DNA from: a virus
DNA length: 64,000 bases
Virus record (IMG/VR): IMGVR_UViG_3300044691_000566
Location: 64,001 to 128,000 of that record
Direction: 5' to 3' (one strand)
Positions 20,401 through 30,168 of the stretch are shown one piece after another. Position 1 is the stretch's first letter, and each line of letters begins with the position of its first letter. The notes below the pieces were generated by a model that saw only the letters and a program-made list of their open reading frames with translations, made no database searches and was not told where the DNA came from. The translations under genes and the position numbers were made by a program.

Positions 20401-20702
20401 CCGGGACGCAGCTCGCCAGCGTCGGCGTGGACGCCCGGGTGACCACGACCGGTCCGTTCCCCGAGGCCATCAGCACCGCGCTGGTGCCCGGCATGTACTG
20501 GGCGGCCTTCCTCTTCAACGCGGCCACCCCGCCGCGCCTGTATGTCGGCAGTGACCTCAACCCGCTGCTGATCAATTTCAACCTCGCCGGGGCCACGCTG
20601 GCCTTCGCCACCAACGGCACCGGCTTGACGGCCCTCCCCGCCTCCTTCTCCCCGTCCAGCAACGTCAGCTCCCAGTTCTGCCTTTTCTCCGCGCTCGCCT
20701 GA
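17418..20702 (+). CDS. tail spike/fibre with two pectate-lyase-like beta-helix domains
   Basis: two ADGTTDD/GDGTTDD...AIQAA...GGxVxF starts; GVAGLGSDGKVP fibre motif. Confidence 0.8.
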   Translation: MPKHLTVNDESAFITAGQIGVANGVAGLGSDGKVPTAQLPTSVTGSVISVDGLIGNVDLTSRYALLSTSSRVDWISPLNYEAVADGTTDDHVAIQAALNAAPAGGVVFLGSRKYGLGAKITVPPYVTLLGGFADRDGAGDPEAALIPLPGFSSPMVVELVDQVTGAYGTVSRDAVLANFTIDGRLLTTESVNGVQASGLVHGVQMQNVSVHKVRGHAVSLVSNSSGNPYSWHLSNVQVSGSGSVTTWDGFHFIGTDHVFVDCRTEGVRGNGFYLQGCPNSSLTGCRAEWSALNGFYITGSYGSVQGSGSILLSGCSTDRSSQYGVLIDSTGTGHVILSGLMARRDGRNGFPGTGGGGYAAVRVSSATTPVLVTGLSCFPGVGDDGLGVNSPERGISVANSTYCMVTGSYLHADLTPYHDGGGNGQFYRGPNVATATGITSAPVRSTTEPAALSGPLTLTQGGFLGVRGASGNTLLNGQVTGDTNNRVNISAGGTVTWGSGGAAPDTTLARSGVNRLALSGDVSLFGVATTPLGWLNVKGPAYGALGDGTTDDTVAIQAAIDAAAAAGGGTVYFPYGVYRTSNALVLKTGVTLRGVHSTAWANRFTTALCSLKATASFAGECLISMLGSDITGSGHNEGNCRIFDLELDGSAMSTGSVSGIHAQGEVLDVMLQRVMVRNMTHNGIHTNVGTGTKAPHDWSFDSVVAYQNAQFGFSMSMTDGYVRNCVATTNGSDGWFLGPFGSLTMDSCQALWNTNHGLTIGGGSQVGNLTVNSFLTDRNGHDGIHLGPSSGSGSPPFVLTGITLNRDGRNSKAGGAGYAGLRIDGCANPVIINGLNVNTGVDDDATGVNSPQYGIRLTATNAYVQVNGGYVHGDTLGWNDDGTSTIVRRFNVDEATGLRTAPVFAYGNSVSTYGSSLDVPGHAMGLPSPREHGAIAWSVNPRSVRSDKLTTSGTLYLAALYVPRPATAVKLFWGINTAGVTPTAGQNFVGLYSAAGTQLASVGVDARVTTTGPFPEAISTALVPGMYWAAFLFNAATPPRLYVGSDLNPLLINFNLAGATLAFATNGTGLTALPASFSPSSNVSSQFCLFSALA

Positions 20703-20768
20703 CCGTTCGAGCATCTGCTGTCACCCCTTCCGCCAGCGCGCGGAAGGGGTGAAAGCACAGGAGGACGC

Positions 20769-23700
20769 ATGGGGCTGGGACGCCGCGAGGCCGCACACGA
20801 CACCGCGCTGTCGCGCAAGCAGGCCGGGGACTATCCCACCGACTACTCGGTGGGCCAGAAGGTCATGACGGTCGACGGCATCCCGGGCCGTGTGGAGGAG
20901 GTCATCTTCTCCCCGGCCATGGGGGAGGAGTACGACGTCGTCCTGGACGATGGGGCCGGGCGCGGGACGTATGCGCCCTCCCAGCTCTCCCCGTACGCCA
21001 CCAGCACCCACCAGGCCACCGGGACGCACCTGGCCTCGGACGACTACGAAGAACTTACGGACGTCTTGCGCGACAGGCCCGACATCGCCGTGCCGGTGCG
21101 GTTGGGGTCCCTCCAGGTGCAGGCGTCCACGGAGCCCCTGCCGGGATACGGCACGCCGGGGCCGCGTCCCGAGCCGGAGCAGCCGGATGACGACGAGCAC
21201 TACGACCCGCCGTGCGCCTACCCGCACGAGGGGCCGTGCCCGGTGTGGCCCGAACCCCACGACCACCACACGTCGTCCGTGCACCTCGCGATGCCCCCCA
21301 AGTCGGGGAAGCCCCCCGTGGGCGAGTACTCGTACAAGGTGCATCCCTCCAGCGGCCTGTTGACCGGCTACATCAACGGCGAAGAAGCCGGGTACATCAA
21401 CCACACCCCGTACCGGAACGAGGACGAGTACGGCCACTACGAGGACTACGGCGACGGGGACGACAACCACGAGCACCACCCGTTCAGTGCCGGTCACAAG
21501 GCGGGCGCCGTCAAGGTCCACATGCTGCACACCAACCCCGCGCACCGGGGATCCGGTGTCGCCTCGGCGATGATGGACTCGCTCTACCACCACTACCCGA
21601 ACGCCTGGATCAACCACGGCTACCGGACGGACAATGGGTCGACGTGGTGGAACAAGTACGACGAACCGGACCCCGGTCGCAACGTCCACAACGTGAGCCC
21701 CGACGACCACTCGCACCGGCTGAAGAAGCACTGGACGAGCCACTTCGATGTCGACGACGTGGTCAGCGACATGGACTCCCTCTCCCGCACCAACGAGGAG
21801 CAGGGTCACGAGGGCAACGCGCACCGGCAGTGGGATCAGACCGAGCACGGCGGGACCGGCGCCAGTCCTTCCTGTGAAGACTGTGACTCCGACAGGGACC
21901 ACTACTGCCACGACTGCGAAAAGTACTACCCGCACCGGTACGAGGGCGACACACACGGCGATGATTGCCCGAAGCGGTGCGAGGAGTGCGACTCCGACGG
22001 CGAGCACGAGTGCCCCACGTGCAAAGAGTGGGTCCATCACGACGACCTGGAGCAGCACGAGCAGGACCACCAGGACGAGCATGCGGCCGACGACGAGCAC
22101 GACCCCGTCCAGGTCGGCCTGCACAACTCCGTCACGGTCCCCCTCACCCGCAAAGAGCACGACTTCGTGCACAATCCGGCCATCCCGGCGGACAAGCGGG
22201 CCCACCACCTGCTGAACCGGATCGGGCGGGGCGCCATGCCCAGCCACGACTGGGACGTCGACCCCAAGACCTCGCACGAGATCGAGCACGACTCCCACGA
22301 GCAGACCCCCTACTCTCGGGGCCTGCACACGACGGTGACCCTGCATGCCCACCCGCTGAACGAGCACGAGGCCCAGGACGGTTTCGGCAACGACAGCTAC
22401 ACCCGTGAAGGCGAGCGGTCGCACTTCGACGCCGTCCCCACCAAGTTTCGGCTGAAGGGCATGTCCTGGGGTGACGGCCCCCGGGAGGCGGAACATCACC
22501 ACGAGTTCCCCGGCCACGGCCAGCGGGTGGCCACCGCGCCCAGCACGTACAACAGCCAGCCCGGGAACTACCCCCGCAGCCTCAAGCCCCTCCTGCGCCA
22601 GCCGGGCCACGAGCGCCCGGCCCCCGAGGTCCACCCCGAGCAGGGCAAACTCTTCGCCCGGAAGACGGCCGCGACCCGTGCCGACTTCCAGTTCGAGCAC
22701 GAGGACACCGACATCCGTGGCATCAAGCACGGCTACAAGAACCACCTGCGGGCCATCCACCCGGAGACGGGGGAGCACGCCGGGACGCTGACATACTTCG
22801 CGCCCACGCGTAAGGGTGCCCCGGTGATCGTGGACGATCTGACGACGTCGCACCCGGGCGCGGGCTCCGCGCTGATGGACGAGGTGGAATCCCGGCACCC
22901 GGGCAGCCGGATTCAGCACGGCGTGGACAAGCCCATGAGCAAGGGCAAGCCGCACTACGACCACTCGGACTATGGCAAGGCCACCGACTGGTCCGCCCAC
23001 TACCCGAACCTGCCGGAGCAGGTCCACCGGGGCCTGAACGTGCGCCTGGAGGGTTCCGACGCCCGAGCGGTGACGCGCGGGGAGGGGTCGGCCGCCGACC
23101 ATGCCCAGATCCTGCACAGCGCCTTGCGCGATGGCGGACCTCTCGGCATGCACTGGTCGTCGGACGAGGAGACCAGCCGGAACTTCGCACACCGCAACAT
23201 TCGGGACCCCCGTAAGGACGTGCCGGTAATCCTGCACGCCGACCGGCCCGCCCAGAAAGACCTCGAAACCCGGCCGAACGTGCTCAAGAACAACGGGGTG
23301 TGGATGCACGACTACGAGCACGGCGACGCCGAGGTGCCGGTGCGCCGGGGCCGGTCGGTGAACCTCCGGGGGATCTCCTGGAAGCCGGACGCCCCGCACT
23401 CGGAGGCCGACGCCAGCGGCTGGGTGCACCACACCTTCGGCGAGGGCAGTCAGCACACTGCCGCTCTGTACGCGGCCGTCGGGGGCGAACCGGTCTACCG
23501 GGGCTTGAACCTCGGGCTGGCGAGCGACGAGGACGTGGAGCATCTGCACCGGGACCCGGTGGGGTACCTGAACCAGAAGGGCTTCCGGCCCCACGAGGCG
23601 GGCATCCACTGGTCCACTGACCCGTACACCGCGCACAACTTCGCCCTGGCCCACGATGAGGACGACGACGACGCCACTCCGCACACCCACGGGGTGATCC

Positions 23701-25871
23701 TGCACGGCCGGGCCGAGCCTCAGCACGTTGTGCAGCACGGTACCCCGGAGTGGGACGACTACGCCGATCAGTACGAGATCCACGGGGAGAACAGTCCCGA
23801 GCAGGAGCGCACCGTACGCACGGGTGCCCCCGTGCAGATCACCCACGCCACGGCGGTCTCCAAGCCGGTATGGGGCGACGAGGGCCGTGAGACCGAGGTG
23901 CCCTGGGGGAGCCAGGTCACCGCCAACCAGCAGGACGGCTTCCTCGCCGACACCGCCGACGAGGCCCCCGAGGAGGAGATCGTCTCCCAGGGCGCCTTCG
24001 ACCCGTACGCCATCCTCACCACCGCTGCCGCCGATCCGGAATTCCGCTTCCACGTCACGGCCGCCTGGGCCGACGTCCGCCGCAAGGCGAAGCGGATCCG
24101 CTCCGAGGGCGGCGTACGCATCACCCTGGCCACCGACGGCGTGGTCTTCGGCGAGGTCAAGGGCGACCACCACGTCTACGAGACCGGCGTACAGCGCTTC
24201 CCCGGCACCAAGCACTCCGTGGCCACCTACACCTGCGGCTGCAAGTGGGGCGCCTACCACTGGGGCGCCCCTGACGACTTCAGCCACTTCGCCGGACGTA
24301 TGTGCTCCCACGCCCTCGCCCTCCAGTACGAGGCCCAGTCCCGGGGCATGTTCGGCCGGGACGTGGAGGTCGACTCCACCAAGCCCGAGTGGGTCCCGAA
24401 GAAGGTCGTCCTCCGCTACGACATCGACGACGGCACCAACCGGATGGTGCGCTCCAGCACGAAGACGGCAGCAGCAGAGCCCAATCCGCACGGTCTGTAC
24501 CTGCGTTTCGGCAGGTGGCCCCACGACGAGCGCTCCACCAACAACATCACGGGTGCGAAGGAAGACGGGGTCAGCGTCTACGACCTCGATCATCACGGCC
24601 GCCCCATGGACCCGGACCCGGACGACAGTCGGACCAACATCGACGACGGGGACCGCAACTGGCCCAAGGAGGAGATGCACGGCCGGGTGGGCAAGGCCGA
24701 GCGCGACCGCAAGTGGGGCAATGACCATCCTGACCGTCAGGCCCACATCGTGAGGGGCGACATCGCAGGCTTCGGTCACGACAATGAGCCGCTGCTCAAC
24801 AACGTCGAGCGGATCGGCGACTGGATCGATCACCGGCATCTGTTCTTCAGCGGCAAGCCGCATCCCCTCGCCCGCAGTGAGGACCACGACGACTATGAGC
24901 CGCCGGAGGAGGAGCCCCAGCACCGTACGGCTGCCCTGGAGGTCACCCCGCTGGTGGCCCTCGCGCAGTGGTCCCGTGCGCAGGGCGACGACCCGGAGGA
25001 GTTCGCGTTCCTCCTGGGCATGCACGGCCTGACGGCCGCGATCAGCTCCCCCTGGGGCGAGCCGCAGGCCCCGGCCGCCAACTACACCCCGGGACCGACC
25101 AAGCCCCGCAACCCCGCCGAAAACCCCGGATCCACCGGCTGGGCCACCCAGTCCGACCCCGACAACTGGGATTCGATCAACCCCAACGACCTGGGGGACC
25201 GCGTCGCGGCCCTGGACGAGTTCCTGTTCGAGGGTGCCATCCCGCAGGAGATCGCCCAGTCCGACGACCCGATGGCCTCCTCCCCGGGCACTGAGGACAC
25301 CCCCCTGGAGAACGGCGTGACGGCGTACTGGCGGCACATGGAGGACGTGGCGATGACCACGGAGGCCATCTCGATGCTGGGGGAGCAGGACGGCCCCCTC
25401 TGGCCGTCCGGGCCCAAGGGCGGCCGGGGCGGTCCGATGCCGCCGGGACACGCGCAGATGCCGGAGCACGAGGAGCTGACCCCCGGAGCCGAGGCGGATC
25501 TGCATGTGCAGCCGGAGGGGGCGCTTCCGTACACCGACGGCGACGGCCCGGACCTGACCGACGACGAGTCCCTCACCCCGTCCCGGACCGCCTCCCTGGG
25601 CAGCAGCATCCTGGAACAGTTCCAGGCCACCGCCTCCCACTTGGCCCCCGGCGGCTCCACCAGACCCTCCGGACGCGGGGGTGTCGCGGCGGAGATCGCC
25701 GCCCAGGCCCGGGAAACCCTCAGCAAGATCGCGCTGAAGGACTACAGCCCCGCAGAGCAGGCTGCGATCATCAATGAGGGTGTCAACGTCAGGGCCTCCA
25801 ACCTGGACCGCCTGGACGTGACCGGCACGCACTACGAGTCTCAAGAAGACGAGGACGGGATATGGCCGTAA
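20769..25871 (+). CDS. 1700-aa polyvalent protein (GNAT-like, ART-like, SWIM modules)
   Basis: [11 protein letters not shown]; HRG..WSSD..EV; YRG..WSTD..EQE; CGC..CSHALA. Confidence 0.7.
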   Translation: MGLGRREAAHDTALSRKQAGDYPTDYSVGQKVMTVDGIPGRVEEVIFSPAMGEEYDVVLDDGAGRGTYAPSQLSPYATSTHQATGTHLASDDYEELTDVLRDRPDIAVPVRLGSLQVQASTEPLPGYGTPGPRPEPEQPDDDEHYDPPCAYPHEGPCPVWPEPHDHHTSSVHLAMPPKSGKPPVGEYSYKVHPSSGLLTGYINGEEAGYINHTPYRNEDEYGHYEDYGDGDDNHEHHPFSAGHKAGAVKVHMLHTNPAHRGSGVASAMMDSLYHHYPNAWINHGYRTDNGSTWWNKYDEPDPGRNVHNVSPDDHSHRLKKHWTSHFDVDDVVSDMDSLSRTNEEQGHEGNAHRQWDQTEHGGTGASPSCEDCDSDRDHYCHDCEKYYPHRYEGDTHGDDCPKRCEECDSDGEHECPTCKEWVHHDDLEQHEQDHQDEHAADDEHDPVQVGLHNSVTVPLTRKEHDFVHNPAIPADKRAHHLLNRIGRGAMPSHDWDVDPKTSHEIEHDSHEQTPYSRGLHTTVTLHAHPLNEHEAQDGFGNDSYTREGERSHFDAVPTKFRLKGMSWGDGPREAEHHHEFPGHGQRVATAPSTYNSQPGNYPRSLKPLLRQPGHERPAPEVHPEQGKLFARKTAATRADFQFEHEDTDIRGIKHGYKNHLRAIHPETGEHAGTLTYFAPTRKGAPVIVDDLTTSHPGAGSALMDEVESRHPGSRIQHGVDKPMSKGKPHYDHSDYGKATDWSAHYPNLPEQVHRGLNVRLEGSDARAVTRGEGSAADHAQILHSALRDGGPLGMHWSSDEETSRNFAHRNIRDPRKDVPVILHADRPAQKDLETRPNVLKNNGVWMHDYEHGDAEVPVRRGRSVNLRGISWKPDAPHSEADASGWVHHTFGEGSQHTAALYAAVGGEPVYRGLNLGLASDEDVEHLHRDPVGYLNQKGFRPHEAGIHWSTDPYTAHNFALAHDEDDDDATPHTHGVILHGRAEPQHVVQHGTPEWDDYADQYEIHGENSPEQERTVRTGAPVQITHATAVSKPVWGDEGRETEVPWGSQVTANQQDGFLADTADEAPEEEIVSQGAFDPYAILTTAAADPEFRFHVTAAWADVRRKAKRIRSEGGVRITLATDGVVFGEVKGDHHVYETGVQRFPGTKHSVATYTCGCKWGAYHWGAPDDFSHFAGRMCSHALALQYEAQSRGMFGRDVEVDSTKPEWVPKKVVLRYDIDDGTNRMVRSSTKTAAAEPNPHGLYLRFGRWPHDERSTNNITGAKEDGVSVYDLDHHGRPMDPDPDDSRTNIDDGDRNWPKEEMHGRVGKAERDRKWGNDHPDRQAHIVRGDIAGFGHDNEPLLNNVERIGDWIDHRHLFFSGKPHPLARSEDHDDYEPPEEEPQHRTAALEVTPLVALAQWSRAQGDDPEEFAFLLGMHGLTAAISSPWGEPQAPAANYTPGPTKPRNPAENPGSTGWATQSDPDNWDSINPNDLGDRVAALDEFLFEGAIPQEIAQSDDPMASSPGTEDTPLENGVTAYWRHMEDVAMTTEAISMLGEQDGPLWPSGPKGGRGGPMPPGHAQMPEHEELTPGAEADLHVQPEGALPYTDGDGPDLTDDESLTPSRTASLGSSILEQFQATASHLAPGGSTRPSGRGGVAAEIAAQARETLSKIALKDYSPAEQAAIINEGVNVRASNLDRLDVTGTHYESQEDEDGIWP

Positions 25872-26269
25872 CCACCGCCAAGGACGAGCCGGAGGACGGC
25901 GTCCCGCAGGGGATGCTCACGCCGCCCGAGGAGGGCACCGTCCCCTACGGCGGCAAGGGCCTCACCCTGAATGCAACCGGGGACGTCCACCCCTACCAGC
26001 TCATCGAAGAGATCTACCAGCGCCTGGGCGAGCGCGGCGACTACGAAGTGGTCGTCACCGAGTCCCACGACGGCAAACAGCGCTCCGTGCACGTCCTGGG
26101 CGATGCCGACCGGGCCGTCGTGCAGGGCGTCATCGACTCCCACGACCCCGACCCCGACTACGGCCTCAGCGCCGAGGAGCGCCGCATCCAGGACCTGAAG
26201 CACCAGTTGAAGAGCGGCGCCGACCTGTCCCCCCAGGACTTGAACACCCTGATGCGCGCCATGCTCTGA
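25862..26269 (+). CDS. hypothetical protein
   Basis: overlaps previous stop; followed by hairpin. Confidence 0.6.
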   Translation: MAVTTAKDEPEDGVPQGMLTPPEEGTVPYGGKGLTLNATGDVHPYQLIEEIYQRLGERGDYEVVVTESHDGKQRSVHVLGDADRAVVQGVIDSHDPDPDYGLSAEERRIQDLKHQLKSGADLSPQDLNTLMRAML

Positions 26270-26270
26270 C

Positions 26271-26379
26271 GACGAAGGGGGCGGCCGGAGCCGCCCCCTT
26301 CTCCCTGCCATGCCCAGCCATGCCGCGCCATGCCTCACCTTGCCGTGCCAGGCCATGCCCCGAGGACTTGACTATATCA
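26271..26379 (-). ncRNA. GGY-NN repeat small RNA unit C (orphan)
   Basis: TGATATAGTCAAGTCCTCGG + 11 pentamers (AT CT AC AA GA AT GC AT TG AT AG) + hairpin. Confidence 0.82.
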
Positions 26380-26383
26380 GGTC

Positions 26384-26412
26384 TTGCTCTCCAACAATCC
26401 TTGGAGTACTCT
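26384..26412 (+). promoter_or_regulatory. sigma70-type promoter
   Basis: TTGCTC-N17-TACTCT with AATCCTTGGAG element. Confidence 0.5.
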
Positions 26413-26444
26413 GGGGGCAGTAACCGACTCCTCTGGAGGCCAAT

Positions 26445-26654
26445 GTGGCATTCTTCCTCGACCCCGAACTGGCCCGTCTCGTCGAGGGCAGTTCCTCCGG
26501 CGCCCCCGCGAAGACCGCTCCGGCCAGCGGGACCCGTCGGCCCAACAAGTTCGGGAAGAAGTGCCACGGCTGCGGGACCTGGGTCAAGCCCCAGGAGGGC
26601 TATCTCGGCAAGGACGGGGGAGCCTGGGTCGTGTACTGCACCACGTGCCCCTAG
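26445..26654 (+). CDS. small zinc-ribbon protein
   Basis: NKFGKKCHGCG...YCTTC; GGAGG RBS. Confidence 0.6.
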   Translation: MAFFLDPELARLVEGSSSGAPAKTAPASGTRRPNKFGKKCHGCGTWVKPQEGYLGKDGGAWVVYCTTCP

Positions 26655-26662
26655 GAGGACCC

Positions 26663-26908
26663 ATGGTCACCGGACCGATCGACAACCACCTGTCCCGCAA
26701 CATTCCGCACGTCCACTCCGACGCCGAGCCGGAGGTGGTGCCGGACGAACTGCGCTCCCACCTGATCAAGTACCACGGGTGGGCCCTGTGGATGCTCCGC
26801 AAGCGCGGCGGCGACACCCCGGAGGGGACGGCCTATATCCGTTCGTGGCACGGGGGCGCCCACAAGGGCATTCAGGACGCCTCCGGGCACACCGCCGTGG
26901 AGTGGTGA
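26663..26908 (+). CDS. small hypothetical protein
   Basis: AGGAGG RBS. Confidence 0.55.
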   Translation: MVTGPIDNHLSRNIPHVHSDAEPEVVPDELRSHLIKYHGWALWMLRKRGGDTPEGTAYIRSWHGGAHKGIQDASGHTAVEW

Positions 26909-27114
26909 TGGCCACCTGGGTCGTCCGCGAGGACAAGGGCAAGTGGCGAGTGAGCTGCGGCCGGATATCCAAAGAGTTCGGCACGGAGGCCGACGCCATC
27001 CAGTACCTCCGCCAGGAACGCACCTGGAGCGACAAGATCGTCCTGGAGGAGGCCGACGGCTACCGGACCCCGGTGACCAGGCGGTATACCCGGCGGCGGC
27101 ACTGGCGCGGTTGA
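26908..27114 (+). CDS. small hypothetical protein
   Basis: TGATG overlap. Confidence 0.55.
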   Translation: MATWVVREDKGKWRVSCGRISKEFGTEADAIQYLRQERTWSDKIVLEEADGYRTPVTRRYTRRRHWRG

Positions 27115-27339
27115 ATCAGGGACCAACGATTCCCCGAGTAACTCCACCACAGGATTTTAAAATCCCGCCGCCTCCACGGAGGGGGACACCGACTCACAAC
27201 GCGTCACACGGGTAACACTCCGCCCGGGGAGTCGCTTGGTGACGCTGGCCCCATCGCCCTCGGATTCCTTGCCAGGGCCCCGGGTACCGGGGCTACAGTG
27301 GCAGCAGCTCCGGTGATCTCTGGCAGGACACCGCACAGA

Positions 27340-27373
27340 CGAGGCCCCCGCACTGCAAGGTGCGGGGGCCTCG
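27340..27373 (+). terminator. GC hairpin terminator
   Basis: CGAGGCCCCCGCAC/GTGCGGGGGCCTCG. Confidence 0.6.
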
Positions 27374-27447
27374 TTGTGCTGTCGGGCGGGATTCCAGGGC
27401 CCAGAAGGGGTGAGGGGCCACCGTTTAGACCGATGGGGAGGGGCACC

Positions 27448-27786
27448 GTGTCGACAGATCCGTTGAACAAAGACGACTTCAACCGATACGTCGATCGCCA
27501 CGACACCCAGCATTCCAATCTGGACGGACGCCTCGCGCGGGACATGGTCCCCACAGCGCTCTACATGGCCGACCAGCGGGCCAACGAGAGGCGTCTGACC
27601 GAGCTGGAGCGGGACCTCGCCGACAAGGCCACCAAAGCTGAACACAACACCCTGGCGGGCCGTATGACCTCGCTGGAAGGCCGTCCGGCCAACATGCGGA
27701 ACTATCTGATCGCCCTGGCTGGACTGGGACTGACTCTTCTGGGCATCGTCGTGTCCGCCTACTTCTCTTCCAAGGGCGGTACATGA
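27448..27786 (+). CDS. membrane protein (coiled coil + C-terminal TM), lysis-cassette associated
   Basis: YLIALAGLGLTLLGIVVSAYF. Confidence 0.65.
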   Translation: MSTDPLNKDDFNRYVDRHDTQHSNLDGRLARDMVPTALYMADQRANERRLTELERDLADKATKAEHNTLAGRMTSLEGRPANMRNYLIALAGLGLTLLGIVVSAYFSSKGGT

Positions 27787-27787
27787 G

Positions 27788-28627
27788 ATGCACAAGGCGG
27801 GATGGTTCGACCGAAACCAGATGAAGGTGCTGAAGGCCAGCATCCTGCTGGTTTTTGCGATATTGCTGCTGGGCGGCGTCTACATCTCGCACGAGATCCG
27901 GGCCGCCACCCAGCGGGCCGATGTCGCCACCCAGCGGGCCAACAACAGCGCCCGACAGGCCAATGACAGCGCCCGAGCGGTCGTCTCGTTGTCGAAGAAC
28001 CTGGAAACCTCGCGCAAGCAGCTCACCGATCACGGCATCAAACCCTCCGCGCCGTCGGCCAAGACCGTGATCGAACAGGTCGGCGGGATCCCGGGCGCCG
28101 CCGGATCCCCGGGCCGCAACGGCGCTACCGGCAGTTCCGGCCCGTCAGGTCCCCCCGGACCCACGGGGCCCGCAGGAGTGCAAGGACCCCTCGGCCCGCT
28201 GGGACATACCGGTCTCCCCGGACCCACGGGCATACCGGGGATCAACGGGACCAACGGCAGCAACGGAACAGACGGCAAGCCCGGAGAGCCGGGCATTGTC
28301 GGCCCCACCGGACCGGCGGGAGCCGCTGGAGCACAGGGGCCGCAGGGCGACCCGGGGCCCGCTGGACCGACGGGGCCTGCGGGGCCTTCAGGGCCGACAT
28401 GCCCCACCGGGTATTCGATGCAGACCTCGCCCACCGACCCGTATGCGCAGGTGTGCCGACAGGACGGGGCGCCCTCCCCGAGCCCGACCCCCAGTCCTTC
28501 ACCGACCACCGCAGCATCTTCAACACAGTCCCGGCTCCTCTCCGAGGGACCCGCATCCCCCCGCCAGGAGGCACCCGTTCTGATGGCGGGAATGTATGCG
28601 ATCGTCTCCGAGAGAAAACGCCTGTAG
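27788..28627 (+). CDS. membrane-anchored collagen-like protein
   Basis: N-terminal TM, then long G-X-Y run. Confidence 0.8.
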   Translation: MHKAGWFDRNQMKVLKASILLVFAILLLGGVYISHEIRAATQRADVATQRANNSARQANDSARAVVSLSKNLETSRKQLTDHGIKPSAPSAKTVIEQVGGIPGAAGSPGRNGATGSSGPSGPPGPTGPAGVQGPLGPLGHTGLPGPTGIPGINGTNGSNGTDGKPGEPGIVGPTGPAGAAGAQGPQGDPGPAGPTGPAGPSGPTCPTGYSMQTSPTDPYAQVCRQDGAPSPSPTPSPSPTTAASSTQSRLLSEGPASPRQEAPVLMAGMYAIVSERKRL

Positions 28628-28640
28628 GCAGGGGGCCAAC

Positions 28641-28916
28641 ATGGCCGCACCACCCGCCCGCCCGTCGCAGAACACCGGCCTGATCGTCCTGGTCGTCGGC
28701 ATCTTCATGATCATCATTGCGTTCGGCGCGGTGACGTACCTCAACGGGAACGTCAACACCGTCAAACAGAATCAGACCAAGAACTCCCAAGTGGGCCAGA
28801 CCGAACGCACCGCCCTGACCGCTATCACCTGCGCCCTGTGGCATTCCGTCGGCACCCCCACCAGGATCGACACCACCCTGCGCGCCTCCGTGGAAGCCGT
28901 CTGCGGCAAGCCCTAG
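28641..28916 (+). CDS. small membrane protein
   Basis: LIVLVVGIFMIIIAFGAVTYL TM. Confidence 0.65.
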   Translation: MAAPPARPSQNTGLIVLVVGIFMIIIAFGAVTYLNGNVNTVKQNQTKNSQVGQTERTALTAITCALWHSVGTPTRIDTTLRASVEAVCGKP

Positions 28917-28974
28917 TCCTGTCGCAGACAGCCCGAGCCCTTTAAAGGGGTGAGGACGACCCCTAGGAGGGCGC

Positions 28975-29811
28975 ATGACCGTCAACGGAATCGACGTCTC
29001 CGCGTACCAGAACAGCACCTACTCCACTGCGGGCCTCGGCTTCGTCATCGTCAAGGCCACCGAGGGCACCAGCTATGTGAACCCCGCGCACGCCGCGCAG
29101 ATCCAGCACGGCCGCGACGCCCACCTGGTTCCCGGCCACTACCACTTCGTCCGGCCGGGCGACATGAAGGCCCAGGCCGACTTCTTCCTCCAGCACGCCG
29201 CCCCCGGGCCCGGTGACGTCCTCGCCTTCGACTGGGAGGACAAGGCCGTCTCCGGCGGCGACAAGGACGTCTGGCTCAAGTACGTGCAGGCCAAGGCGCC
29301 CACGCACCGCGTGCTGCTGTACTGCGACCTGGACTTCTGGACCAACCGCGACCACACCGGTTTCACCGCCGACGGCCTGTGGATCGCCGATCCCAGCTCC
29401 CCGGCCGGGCACCCCGCCGTCAAGCACGCCTGGGTGATGCACCAGTACAGCTCCAGCGGCGGCATCGACCACAACGTGGCCGCGTTCGCCGACACCGCAG
29501 CCCTGCGCACCTGGGCCGCCAAGGGCACCCCCGCCGTCCAGCCGCACCCGCAGCAGCACCAGCCCTTCCCGGGCGCCTCGTGGTTCACCACGGGCCGCAG
29601 GAGCCCGATCGTGGCCGCCATGCACGACCGCCTGGTGGCCGTCGGCTGCAACCACTACACGAGCAACGCCAACAAGGACGTCATCGGCTCCGGCGACGTG
29701 GCCTCCTACCAAGCCTGGCAGCACAAGCTGGGCTACACCGGCCCGGCAGCCGTCTGGCCGCCCGGCCAGACGAGCTGGGACAAACTCCAGATCCCGAAGG
29801 TGGCGCGATGA
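28975..29811 (+). CDS. endolysin, GH25 muramidase + C-terminal peptidoglycan-binding domain
   Basis: GIDVSAYQ, VKATEG, GHYHF, DWE, WIA, HQY, IDHN motifs. Confidence 0.9.
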   Translation: MTVNGIDVSAYQNSTYSTAGLGFVIVKATEGTSYVNPAHAAQIQHGRDAHLVPGHYHFVRPGDMKAQADFFLQHAAPGPGDVLAFDWEDKAVSGGDKDVWLKYVQAKAPTHRVLLYCDLDFWTNRDHTGFTADGLWIADPSSPAGHPAVKHAWVMHQYSSSGGIDHNVAAFADTAALRTWAAKGTPAVQPHPQQHQPFPGASWFTTGRRSPIVAAMHDRLVAVGCNHYTSNANKDVIGSGDVASYQAWQHKLGYTGPAAVWPPGQTSWDKLQIPKVAR

Positions 29812-30074
29812 CGATCCCGACCCCGGTCCCGGCTCCCGACCACCGCGCGTCCACCGCGTGGAAAATCGAGGCGAAGGTCATCGCCTCCACGACGGCCACC
29901 TTCGCCGTCTCCCTCGTCCTGGCCGTCCTCAACGCCGTCCAGGGCAACCACGACCTGCTCGGCTCGATGCCCACCGCCCTCCAGACGGTCATCCTGCTCA
30001 TCGTCCCCACCGCCATCACCTTTCTGGGTGGATACCTAGCTCGTCATACGCCCCGGGCACCCGCCGGAAGCTAG
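29808..30074 (+). CDS. holin
   Basis: two TM helices, ATGA overlap with endolysin. Confidence 0.7.
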   Translation: MTIPTPVPAPDHRASTAWKIEAKVIASTTATFAVSLVLAVLNAVQGNHDLLGSMPTALQTVILLIVPTAITFLGGYLARHTPRAPAGS

Positions 30075-30084
30075 CGTTCAACAC

Positions 30085-30123
30085 GAAGGACCCCGGGATC
30101 CCCCACGTTCCCCGGGGTCCTTT
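30085..30123 (+). terminator. hairpin terminator after lysis cassette
   Basis: AAGGACCCCGGG/CCCGGGGTCCTT. Confidence 0.6.
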
Positions 30124-30168
30124 GCTGTCTGCCCCCCGGCCAGTACCGGGAAGGGGTGGAGGTGGCGA

